64,000 nt of DNA from the IMG/VR virus record IMGVR_UViG_3300005573_001079, positions 1 to 64,000 of that record. One strand, written 5' to 3'. The notes under the pieces were generated by a model. It had not been told where the DNA came from and did no database searches. It saw only the letters and a list, made by a program, of their open reading frames with translations. This DNA comes from an uncultured virus (IMG/VR IMGVR_UViG_3300005573_001079). Taxonomy: Duplodnaviria; Heunggongvirae; Uroviricota; Caudoviricetes. Every line of letters starts with the position of its first letter. The first letter of the stretch is position 1. The position numbers and the translations under genes were made by a program. This document shows positions 9,561 to 18,258 of this stretch, piece after piece.

Positions 9561-11699
9561 TTAAGATCTTCCTGACATTGAATTTATAATTGCGCCAATG
9601 TTTATATTAATAAATGTTTCTTTTCCTATCTCAGCTATTGTTTCTCCAAGATTTATTCCAGAGGAAGTTGAAAATATAACATTTAATGTACCAGAAGAAG
9701 ATTTGTCTTTTAAAGCAGATAAAGCATCTTCTCTTGTCGTATCTAATTTACTAAGCTCTTTGCCAAGACTAACTCCAGTTGCGTCTGATACTGAAGGAGT
9801 AGTCATATATTTACTAAGAGATTTGAAACCTTGAGGAGATCTAAAAAACTTACCTGGTGTAGTTCCTATTCCTTTTGATACTTCTTCAATCTTTTTATAC
9901 TCTCTCTCTGCTTGTGTTAACTCACTTTGTCTATTTATTGAATCAACTAATAAATCTACTATATCATAAACAGCAAGTATAGCACCTATTGGTCCAAAGA
10001 ATTTTGATACTGTTTTTCCTAATGCCCCTAAACCGAGTTTTGTACCTACCTTTGTTGCTACTTCTTCTGCAACTTCCCCAGCAACCTTACCTCCTACTCC
10101 TTCTGCAACCTCTCCTGCAACTTTACCTCCTAAAATAATGTCTCTTAATCCACCAGATTTTGTAAGCGCCCCTGCAATTCCTTTAAGTTTTTTTATCCCT
10201 TTAATTCCTGTATAAGCAAGAGCTCCACTAACAAGACCTCCGATTATAGATTGTAAAAGTAATGGAGAAATTCCTAAGTCCTCTGCCTTCCCTGCAGCTT
10301 GTGTAGAAATCCAATCAAGAAAGCCTCCTATTACGTCTGGTAATTTTCGAGCTCTCTTTTCTCTTTGTTCTAGTTCTCTTGCATGTCTATCTGGTATTCC
10401 TTGTATAAAGTTTTTTAATGAATTTACTTGTTCTGTATTTAATGAATTTATACTCTTAACTACTTTTTCTATATCTTGTACCTTAAAGGTAATATCAGGT
10501 AATTGTGCTAAAGTAATTAACTCTTGATAAGATCTTCCCATCTTCGATCCTAATTCTCTTGTAACAATATCCTGAACTTCACTTCCTGGCATTCCTGCTA
10601 ATCCTTTACTTTTAGCCCACTTTTGTAATGCTTGAATTGTAAACAATGGACCGTAAGTTCCTAAATATTGTGCTCTTTGTGTTAAAGGTACTCCTAAGGC
10701 TCTCATTAAAATTTCTTGTTCTGGAGCTCTGCCAGGATACATACTTAATAATTCAGTAATTAAAGTTAAAGGTAAAGGTTCTCCTCCCGCTCCTCTTACT
10801 TGAGATAATCCTAATATTGAAGCTTGAGCCATTTCAAATGATTTTACTCCTAATCCCCTACTTTTATACAACTCTGCAGTTCTTAACAAAATATTCATAT
10901 TTTCCCCAACATCTGCGGTTGGAATCATTCTACCATAAGCTGCCATACGCGAGAAATACATAGCAGCATTTATTGCGGCAAGAGGAGTCATTCCAAAACC
11001 GCCATACTCCTCATATAATCTTCCTGCTAGTCGTGGAATGTTAGCTTCTGGATATGCACGAGAGTATAAAGTAATTTGTTTCATAAAATTTTCGTATACT
11101 TCTTTTGCCATTAGTCCTCTCATTCCTGTAACGCTTGAAATCTGTTCTGGTGTAATTAATCTCCCTAACATTTGTTTAATTTCTGCGTTGGCCTTTGCAA
11201 AGTCTGCATTTAACTGTAAAGTCTGTAATGCTCTCATTCGTTGAACTTGATACACAGTTTCAAAAGGAGCGCCATACGGCAAAGCATTTAAGTTAAAGTA
11301 CCTACTTAAATCTATAGTACCTGCTCTTAATTGAGATTGTAAATATGCTACTTTTGTAGTAAATGATAACAATGAGCTTGTAGTAAAATTAATTACAGAT
11401 GCCCATTTATTCCAAGATGCTACTTGAGCATCTGTTAAGTTTTTAACTTCTCTTAAATGTTGAATAATTTCTTTTTGTAACGATCTTCCTATTTTCTCAA
11501 AAAATGTAAAACTAACAAGAGGGTTTCTTGTAATAAAATCTAAGGTACTTCCTAATTCTTGTAATACTCCTAATAATCCAGTAGTTTCTTCTGTAAGAGT
11601 AAATGCTCCTAATGACGCATTTTTAAAACCTTCTCTTAAGTTTTCTGCACTTCCTGAGAGATTATTTAAATCTTCTGGTTTTATTCCTTCAGTTGCCAT
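9561..11699 (-). CDS. Putative tape measure protein
   Basis: 712 aa, A/G/L-rich and helical, with a GKVAGEVAE repeat. Canonical position after tube and chaperone genes. Confidence 0.65.
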   Translation of the reverse strand: MATEGIKPEDLNNLSGSAENLREGFKNASLGAFTLTEETTGLLGVLQELGSTLDFITRNPLVSFTFFEKIGRSLQKEIIQHLREVKNLTDAQVASWNKWASVINFTTSSLLSFTTKVAYLQSQLRAGTIDLSRYFNLNALPYGAPFETVYQVQRMRALQTLQLNADFAKANAEIKQMLGRLITPEQISSVTGMRGLMAKEVYENFMKQITLYSRAYPEANIPRLAGRLYEEYGGFGMTPLAAINAAMYFSRMAAYGRMIPTADVGENMNILLRTAELYKSRGLGVKSFEMAQASILGLSQVRGAGGEPLPLTLITELLSMYPGRAPEQEILMRALGVPLTQRAQYLGTYGPLFTIQALQKWAKSKGLAGMPGSEVQDIVTRELGSKMGRSYQELITLAQLPDITFKVQDIEKVVKSINSLNTEQVNSLKNFIQGIPDRHARELEQREKRARKLPDVIGGFLDWISTQAAGKAEDLGISPLLLQSIIGGLVSGALAYTGIKGIKKLKGIAGALTKSGGLRDIILGGKVAGEVAEGVGGKVAGEVAEEVATKVGTKLGLGALGKTVSKFFGPIGAILAVYDIVDLLVDSINRQSELTQAEREYKKIEEVSKGIGTTPGKFFRSPQGFKSLSKYMTTPSVSDATGVSLGKELSKLDTTREDALSALKDKSSSGTLNVIFSTSSGINLGETIAEIGKETFININIGAIINSMSGRS

Positions 11700-11704
11700 A
11701 TACC

Positions 11705-12391
11705 CTACTTAATTATGTCTAACTCTTCTAATATTTGTTTATGTATTTTTTCGTAAGCAGAGTTAAACCTTGCATTTTCCTTTTGTTTTTGTACTTTGTC
11801 CCATAACTCTGGGTTTATCCAAGGTAACAAACTGTCTCTTAGTTTTATCATTAATTCTATTTTCTCTTTTTCATCATTCTTACTACAATAAAATATCCAT
11901 AAAGACTGTTCTAAAGATAATGGCAGACTTAATACTGTATTTACCCCCGTAGTTTTGACTAAAGTCCATTTTAGTTTGCTTTCAAATGTTTCACAATATT
12001 TTTCAAGGTTATTAATAATATAATCTTCCCACTTTTCAATTCCCTCTTTATATTCTTTAATAACTCTTCCTAACATCCATGCAGGTAATTTTAAAAGATA
12101 ATTGTATATCCGGTCGTTTTGTACAGCACTTTTTAATATTGTATAAATATCACTTGTGTTTTTATCAAATAAAGATAAATATGTTGGAATTATTATTTGA
12201 TACTTTATTATATCCCTAAATGGTGTAATAAAATAAACAGGTTTTTTATTATAAAATAAGACATTCGTAATATCATCAAAATTAAATTGTGTCGAAGTCT
12301 GTTGTTGTACAAGTGTCGTTGTGTTTAGAAAATTCTTCAAATTTTTCAAACTCCTTTTTACATTTTTCACATTTAAAAACTTCAATGTCAA
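11705..12391 (-). CDS. Putative second tail assembly chaperone ORF (start uncertain)
   Basis: Lies between chaperone and tape measure, overlaps the upstream ORF in the +1 frame, and has no early ATG. Confidence 0.55.
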   Translation of the reverse strand: MTLKFLNVKNVKRSLKNLKNFLNTTTLVQQQTSTQFNFDDITNVLFYNKKPVYFITPFRDIIKYQIIIPTYLSLFDKNTSDIYTILKSAVQNDRIYNYLLKLPAWMLGRVIKEYKEGIEKWEDYIINNLEKYCETFESKLKWTLVKTTGVNTVLSLPLSLEQSLWIFYCSKNDEKEKIELMIKLRDSLLPWINPELWDKVQKQKENARFNSAYEKIHKQILEELDIIK

Positions 12392-12959
12392 AATCTTTTG
12401 TGTCTATTCCTTCTTCAATACATTTTCCACATATAATTTCGCTCGTAGAGTATTTTATCTTTTTACTATTATCTGGTAGGTTAGTGTTTTCATATACATT
12501 ACCACAAGTTGCGCATTGAGATTCTCCCATTACTAAGCGAATTTGTTTTAGTTGTAAAGCTACATAAACACTATATAATGTATCAACAACTATTGTTTCT
12601 AAATCTTTTACCCAATTTCTTAAATACTCAACTCTCGTTAAGTTAGTATTATGTTTTTGATTATACTTTAATACTTCGTCTGGAGACCCAATTGGTATTC
12701 CATTTATTTCATAAATAGATCGTGCTACTGTCTCTATTTTTATGGCACGGTCCTTTGAGTCGCCAGAAAATTGTTCTGCGTAGTTTGAAATTTCTAAAAC
12801 CTCACCCGCATTACATAACCTCATTTTAAATATAGCATTTGACCAATACTTACTTCCTTTCCAGTCTTTAAAAGGTTTAACATCTATTAAGCCGTTTCTT
12901 TCAGAAAGTGCTGCTAAATCTTCAAGCTGTCTCATTAACGTGTTTCTAAACTCTTCCAT
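12282..12959 (-). CDS. Putative tail assembly chaperone with C-terminal zinc-binding motifs
   Basis: Directly after the tube gene. Contains CATC...CGKC and CEKC-x12-H-x3-C. Confidence 0.6.
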   Translation of the reverse strand: MEEFRNTLMRQLEDLAALSERNGLIDVKPFKDWKGSKYWSNAIFKMRLCNAGEVLEISNYAEQFSGDSKDRAIKIETVARSIYEINGIPIGSPDEVLKYNQKHNTNLTRVEYLRNWVKDLETIVVDTLYSVYVALQLKQIRLVMGESQCATCGNVYENTNLPDNSKKIKYSTSEIICGKCIEEGIDTKDFDIEVFKCEKCKKEFEKFEEFSKHNDTCTTTDFDTI

Positions 12960-12981
12960 GTGCTATTGTATCCTTATTTTT

Positions 12982-13422
12982 TTATGATAAAACTTGTACA
13001 CGAGTTACCCATAATGTAACTGATTCTGATACAGTAATGGTACCCTCTCTGATAGTTTTGTTTACACTTTGTATCCAACAATCCTCATAATGAATGGTTC
13101 TGCGTTTTCCATTCGGGCCACTTATCTCTTCTATAATTTGAATAGGAGTAGTAATTTGATCTAGTGTCGTAAAATTATCATATCCTAATGCTTGAATTAA
13201 TGCTTCATCATAAGTTTCTAATCTATCAATGGTTGCAGTAAATTCTGTTCTTCCTGGAACGATTTCTACAATATCATTTTCTTCATTCATAATTTCACGA
13301 ACTCGATCAAGCATTCTTGTTCCTGATGGAGTAAATGTTTGAAGTGTGCCAACTGCTTTACCATTTACCTTTACTGTATATGCGTAAGATACAACTGTTT
13401 TTGTTTCTGGTATTCTTGTCAT
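12982..13422 (-). CDS. Tail tube protein
   Basis: 146 aa, beta-rich (VKVNGKAVG...IVEIVPG...IHYEDCWI...ESVTL), as in myovirus tube proteins. AGGAG RBS. Confidence 0.75.
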   Translation of the reverse strand: MTRIPETKTVVSYAYTVKVNGKAVGTLQTFTPSGTRMLDRVREIMNEENDIVEIVPGRTEFTATIDRLETYDEALIQALGYDNFTTLDQITTPIQIIEEISGPNGKRRTIHYEDCWIQSVNKTIREGTITVSESVTLWVTRVQVLS

Positions 13423-13468
13423 TTTTCTATAAACTCCTATTTTTTTTGTTATATTTATGTTTACTAAC

Positions 13469-13478
13469 TAATATTTAG
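13469..13478 (-). promoter_or_regulatory. Putative late promoter motif CTAAATATTA (tail tube)
   Basis: Recurrent intergenic 10-mer CTAwATATTA upstream of structural genes. Confidence 0.55.
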
Positions 13479-13507
13479 TATTTTTTCCTAATAAATACTA
13501 TTTTATT

Positions 13508-14320
13508 TTAAACAATTCCTTCTCTCTGACTATTTGAAGTAATTAATAAAGGAGTAACATTACCTATAGAACCTTCTTTAAGTTTTTTCATAGAAGGAGA
13601 AATATGTTTATCTAACAACATGCTCATAAGAGATATAACTTCTTTGGCTTTCTCTGTATCATCTGATAATACTTCATAAACTAAACGTGGTATAAACTCG
13701 TCCATAAAAGATTTTAAGTCGTTTTCAAATATGTTTACTACATTGTTGTTTATATAAGTATTTCCCGGACCTTTTTCTACTTTTATATCTTGTAAAATAA
13801 CAGATTGTATATCTCTTTCTATAGAATCAATTTGAGATATAATCTCTCTTATTTCTTTTTCTGTTTTTTTAGCATCCTCTCTAGATAAAGGATCTTCTTT
13901 ACTTTTATATCTTTCATACTCTTTTTGCTTATCCTCTAATAAGTCTCTTAAGAATTGAATATTATTTATACGTTCTTTATATATTGCATGTAAAACATTT
14001 TGTTTATCTATACGCTCTTTAAATCTTTCTGCATATAGAATAGAAACAAAATCACCTGGAGTAATAGGTTGGTTTTTTCTACGGAGAATTTCTTCTGCAA
14101 TTGTAGAAGGATCACAATGTTTTTTATGATTTAATAAGTTTACATGATTTAATGGTGGTATATTCTCAGGAATATACTTCCCATATTCATTAATAATTTC
14201 TTTTATAGTTTTTCTTGATAAAATCAAATCAATATTAAGTTGATTTAAAACATTATCATCTGTTATTACAGTACAAACTTTACAAGCTTTATGTCTTCTT
14301 GTTAATCCAATTAAAGACAT
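13508..14320 (-). CDS. Hypothetical protein with N-terminal CxxC...HxxHC zinc/HTH-like domain and coiled coil (small-terminase-like architecture possible)
   Basis: CKVC...LLNHKKHC followed by long heptad helices. Function is inferred only. Confidence 0.45.
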   Translation of the reverse strand: MSLIGLTRRHKACKVCTVITDDNVLNQLNIDLILSRKTIKEIINEYGKYIPENIPPLNHVNLLNHKKHCDPSTIAEEILRRKNQPITPGDFVSILYAERFKERIDKQNVLHAIYKERINNIQFLRDLLEDKQKEYERYKSKEDPLSREDAKKTEKEIREIISQIDSIERDIQSVILQDIKVEKGPGNTYINNNVVNIFENDLKSFMDEFIPRLVYEVLSDDTEKAKEVISLMSMLLDKHISPSMKKLKEGSIGNVTPLLITSNSQREGIV

Positions 14321-14326
14321 ACTAGT

Positions 14327-14824
14327 TTACTCTTCGTTTTTTTCTAACATTAATTCTTTTTGAAATCTTCTTTCCATTCTATCTACTTTTTCGTTATTTT
14401 TTTCGATAATGTCTTTGTCCCTTACAGGATCTAACCCATGGTTTAGCATTCTTTTCCAGCTTTCGGGAGTAACCTTGTCAGATATTCTTCTATTATAAGC
14501 ATAGTTTTTATAAGTAAGCTCGTCAATAATATCTTCAGGTAACATCATACCTTCATTAGTCGGAATAAATCCTGGATTGTTAAAAGATAGAGATGTTTTT
14601 ATTTTTCTTGCTCCTTTGTTCAAAGTAGTGGTGTCACTTCTGTTCGATATGTTATCATCATGTAAATGCTCATTTAAGTAATTATACCAATCCTTCTTTT
14701 TATCATAGCGATTAGGATTTACTCTTTTCAATTTAACATCGTCTAATTCATTTGCAAAATTTCTATCTTCAGGTTGATCTAAAGAAGTATCTATGTAATC
14801 ATAAGAAGTTGATTTTTTCTTCAT
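14327..14824 (-). CDS. Hypothetical hydrophilic protein
   Basis: Intact 165-aa ORF, preceded by the recurrent CTATATATTA motif. Confidence 0.6.
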   Translation of the reverse strand: MKKKSTSYDYIDTSLDQPEDRNFANELDDVKLKRVNPNRYDKKKDWYNYLNEHLHDDNISNRSDTTTLNKGARKIKTSLSFNNPGFIPTNEGMMLPEDIIDELTYKNYAYNRRISDKVTPESWKRMLNHGLDPVRDKDIIEKNNEKVDRMERRFQKELMLEKNEE

Positions 14825-14848
14825 CCCAAATCTCTTTTTTTTAATATT

Positions 14849-14858
14849 TAATATATAG
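14849..14858 (-). promoter_or_regulatory. Putative late promoter motif CTATATATTA
   Basis: Same motif, about 25 nt upstream of the 14824 start. Confidence 0.55.
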
Positions 14859-15028
14859 TTTTTACTATGGAAAAGAAATAAAAGAAAAACATTTTGTAAA
14901 TATAATAAATTCTTACAAATATTATATACTTTGTATAATTAAGTTATATAAATATATACCTCCTTCTAATATATTTAATACAATACATTTAAGTTTATGT
15001 TCTTTTATACTCCTTATAGACTATCTTT

Positions 15029-15058
15029 TTAGTTGTTAAAGCTTAGTTTATTCAACAT
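15029..15058 (-). pseudogene. Terminal stub of an additional LRR unit (MLNKLSFNN*)
   Basis: ATG TTG AAT AAA CTA AGC TTT AAC AAC TAA overlaps the stop of the last LRR gene in the standard 11-nt junction. Confidence 0.85.
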
Positions 15059-15626
15059 ATACTCTTCCTCTGATTTCTACTTTACTTAAAATTTTATTTA
15101 GTTCTTCTTCCGAAAGTTTTGATAAAGGAGTGTTTTGTAAGAATAAATCCCATCCTACATATTCAAGGTTTCCTAAGGATTGAATGGGGGTATCGCGTAA
15201 GAATAAATCCCATCCTACATATTCAAGATTTCCTAAAGATTGAATAAAGGTATCACGTAAGTTTAAACTTCCTTCGACTCTTTTAAGATTACCTAATGAT
15301 TGAATAGGAGTATTTTGCAACCATAAACTACCTCCAACATAATGAAGATTTCCTAAAGATTGAATAGGAGTACTTTCTAAATCTAAACTACCTTCTACTC
15401 TTTCAAGATTTCCTAAGCTTTTGATAGAAGAATTGTATAAGTATAAATATCCTTTTACTTCTTTAATATTTCCTAAATCTTCAATCCAGTTAATTCCACG
15501 TAAATCTAAATCTCCTTCTATGATTTCTTGTTGTAGAAGTTTTTGAATTTTCGTTTTTTCCTTTTCTTCTATTTCATTAAGTTTACGTGGAATAAATATG
15601 TTGTTAAAGTTTAGTTTATTTAACAT
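15048..15626 (-). CDS. LRR array protein (192 aa)
   Basis: N-cap, 20-aa LRRs and C-cap. Confidence 0.93.
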   Translation of the reverse strand: MLNKLNFNNIFIPRKLNEIEEKEKTKIQKLLQQEIIEGDLDLRGINWIEDLGNIKEVKGYLYLYNSSIKSLGNLERVEGSLDLESTPIQSLGNLHYVGGSLWLQNTPIQSLGNLKRVEGSLNLRDTFIQSLGNLEYVGWDLFLRDTPIQSLGNLEYVGWDLFLQNTPLSKLSEEELNKILSKVEIRGRVYVE

Positions 15627-16374
15627 GTACTTCCTCTCTTATTTCTATCTTACTTAAAATTTTATTTCGTTCTTCTCTCGGAAGTTTAGATAACGGAGTG
15701 TTTTGTAAGAATAAATCTCCTCCAACATACTCAAGTTTTCCTAAAGATTGGATTTGAGAGTTTTCTAAATTTAAACTCCATCCTACTTGTTCAAGATTTC
15801 CTAAAGATTGAATAGGAGTGTTTGATAAATTTAAATAATTTCCAACATACTTAAGATTTCCTAATGATTGAATAGGAGTGTTTTCTAAATCTAAACTACC
15901 TTCAACTCGTTCAAGATTTCCTAATGATTGAATAGGAGTGTTACGTAAATCTAAGTCTTCCCCAACATAACAAAGATTTCCTAATGATTGAATGGGAGTA
16001 TTGGATAAGTATAAAGACTGCCCTGCTCGTTCAAGTTTTCCTAAAGATTGAATAGAAGTATCGTATAAATATAAATCTCCATCAACATATTGAAGATTTC
16101 CTAAAGATTGAATAGGAGTGTTTGCTACTAATAAACTTTCACCAATATAACGAAGATTTCCTAAACTTTTAATAGAAGAGTTTTGTAAATATACACTACC
16201 TTTTACTTCTCTAACGTTTCCTAAATCTTCGATCCAGTCAATTCCTTGTAAATCTAAACTTCCTTCTACGACTTCTGATTGTAGAAGTTTTTGAATTCTC
16301 ATTTTTTCTTTTTCTTCTATTTCATCTATCTTGCGTGGAATAAATATGTTGTTAAAGTTTAGTTTGTTTAACAT
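15616..16374 (-). CDS. LRR array protein (252 aa)
   Basis: Start moved to the conserved MLNKL ATG (track start 16389). Confidence 0.93.
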   Translation of the reverse strand: MLNKLNFNNIFIPRKIDEIEEKEKMRIQKLLQSEVVEGSLDLQGIDWIEDLGNVREVKGSVYLQNSSIKSLGNLRYIGESLLVANTPIQSLGNLQYVDGDLYLYDTSIQSLGKLERAGQSLYLSNTPIQSLGNLCYVGEDLDLRNTPIQSLGNLERVEGSLDLENTPIQSLGNLKYVGNYLNLSNTPIQSLGNLEQVGWSLNLENSQIQSLGKLEYVGGDLFLQNTPLSKLPREERNKILSKIEIREEVHVK

Positions 16375-17002
16375 ATGCTTTTCCTTCAATTTCTATTTTG
16401 TTTAAAATTATATTTAGTTCTTTTTTTGGAAGTTTTGATAAAGGGGTATTTTGCAAGTATAAGCTTTCCTTTACATATTTAAGGTTTCTCAAGGATTGAA
16501 TAGGAGTGTTTGACAAATCTAAATAACCCTCAACATAACAAAGATTTCCTAAGGATTGAATAGGAGTATTATGCAACCATAAATTTCCTCCTACATATTC
16601 AAGATTTCCTAATGATTGAATAGGGGTGTTTTCTAAATCTAAACTCCCTCCCACATATTCAAGATTTCCTAATGATTGAATAGGAGTATTTGATGAGAAT
16701 AAACTTTCGCCAATATACTCAAGATTTCCTAATGATTGAATAAGAGTATTGTGTAAATCTAAACAACCCTCAACATACTCAAGTTTTTCTAAACTTTTAA
16801 TAGAAGAGTTTTGTAAATATACATTACCTTTTACTTCTCTAATATTTCCTAAATCTTCGATATAGTTAATTCCATGTAAATCTAAATCTCCTTCTATAAC
16901 TTCTTGTTGAAGAATCTTTTGAATTCTCATTTTTTCTTTTTCTTCTATTTCATCTACCTTACGTGGAATGAATATGTTGTTAAAGTTTAGTTTATTTAAC
17001 AT
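16352..17002 (-). CDS. LRR array protein (216 aa, 4-aa C-terminal extension)
   Basis: Junction stop TAA changed to CAA, giving a QTKL extension. Confidence 0.93.
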   Translation of the reverse strand: MLNKLNFNNIFIPRKVDEIEEKEKMRIQKILQQEVIEGDLDLHGINYIEDLGNIREVKGNVYLQNSSIKSLEKLEYVEGCLDLHNTLIQSLGNLEYIGESLFSSNTPIQSLGNLEYVGGSLDLENTPIQSLGNLEYVGGNLWLHNTPIQSLGNLCYVEGYLDLSNTPIQSLRNLKYVKESLYLQNTPLSKLPKKELNIILNKIEIEGKAYVKQTKL

Positions 17003-17810
17003 GTACTTTTCCTATGATTCTTATCCTACTTAAGATTCTATTTAATTCTTCTTCTGAAAGTTTTGATAAAGGAGTATTTTGTAAGAATAAATCCCATCCT
17101 ACTCGTTTGAGATTTCCTAAGGATTGAATAGGGGTATTACGTAAATCTAAATCCCATCCTACTCGTTCAAGATTTTCTAATGATTGAATAGGTGTATTTC
17201 TTAAGTCTAACCGTCCTCTAACACGCTTAAGTTTTCCTAAAGATTGAATTGGAGAGTTTTGTAAATTTAAGTCTGATCCAACATATTCAAGATTTCCTAA
17301 TGATTGGATTTGAGTGTTGTGTAAATCTAAATAACCGCCAACATAACGAAGATTTCCTAATGATTGAATAGGAGTGTTTTCTAAATCTAAACTACCTTCA
17401 ACTTTTTCAAGTTTTCCTAATGATTGAATAGGAGTGTTTTCTAAATCTAAACTACCTTCAACTCGTTCAAGATTTCCTAATGATTGAATAGGTGTTTTTT
17501 CTGACCATAAATTTTCTCCAATGTATTTGAGATTTCCTAAGGATTGAATAAGAGTGTTTTCTAAATCTAAACTACCTTCAACTCGTTCGAGTTTTCCTAA
17601 AGATTGAATAGAAGAATCATATAAGTATAAATCTCCTCTTACTTCTCTAATATTTCCTAAATCTTCGATCCAGTCAATTCCATGTAAATCTAAGTCTCCT
17701 TCTATTACTTCTTGTTGTAGAAGTTTTTGAATTCTCGTTTTTTCCTTTTCTTCTATTTCATCAAGTTTACGTGGAATAAATATGTTGTTGAAGTTTAGTT
17801 TATTTAACAT
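16992..17810 (-). CDS. LRR array protein (272 aa)
   Basis: Start moved to the conserved ATG (track start 17825). Confidence 0.93.
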   Translation of the reverse strand: MLNKLNFNNIFIPRKLDEIEEKEKTRIQKLLQQEVIEGDLDLHGIDWIEDLGNIREVRGDLYLYDSSIQSLGKLERVEGSLDLENTLIQSLGNLKYIGENLWSEKTPIQSLGNLERVEGSLDLENTPIQSLGKLEKVEGSLDLENTPIQSLGNLRYVGGYLDLHNTQIQSLGNLEYVGSDLNLQNSPIQSLGKLKRVRGRLDLRNTPIQSLENLERVGWDLDLRNTPIQSLGNLKRVGWDLFLQNTPLSKLSEEELNRILSRIRIIGKVHVK

Positions 17811-18258
17811 ATACCCCTCCACCAATTTCTATCTTACTTAAAATTTTATTTAGTTCTTTTTTTGGAAGTTTTGATAAAGGAGTATTTTGTAAGTATAAGT
17901 CTTTTCTAACATACTCAAGATTTCCTAATGATTGAATTGGAGTATTTTGTAAATATAAATAACCTCCAACATAATGAAGATTTCCTAAAGATTGAATAGG
18001 AGTACTTTCTAAATCTAAACTACCTTCTACTCTTTCAAGATTTCCTAAGCTTTTGATAGAAGAATTGTATAAGTATAAATATCCTTTTACTTCTTTAATA
18101 TTTCCTAAATCTTCAATCCAATTAATTCTTTGTAAATCTAAATCTCCTTCTATGATTTCTTGTTGAAGAATCTTTTGAATTTTCTTTTTTTCTTTTTCTT
18201 CTATTTCATCTATTCTACGTGGAATAAATATATTGTTAAAGCTTAGTTTATTCGACAT
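17800..18258 (-). CDS. LRR array protein (152 aa, mosaic)
   Basis: Shortest full unit; segments are identical to two other members. Confidence 0.93.
   Translation of the reverse strand: MSNKLSFNNIFIPRRIDEIEEKEKKKIQKILQQEIIEGDLDLQRINWIEDLGNIKEVKGYLYLYNSSIKSLGNLERVEGSLDLESTPIQSLGNLHYVGGYLYLQNTPIQSLGNLEYVRKDLYLQNTPLSKLPKKELNKILSKIEIGGGVYVK

Noticed and set aside
14825..15028. Possible tRNA/ncRNA or origin in the AT-rich gap after the array
   Set aside because: No cloverleaf, stable stem or iterons seen; only the promoter-like motif is supportable.
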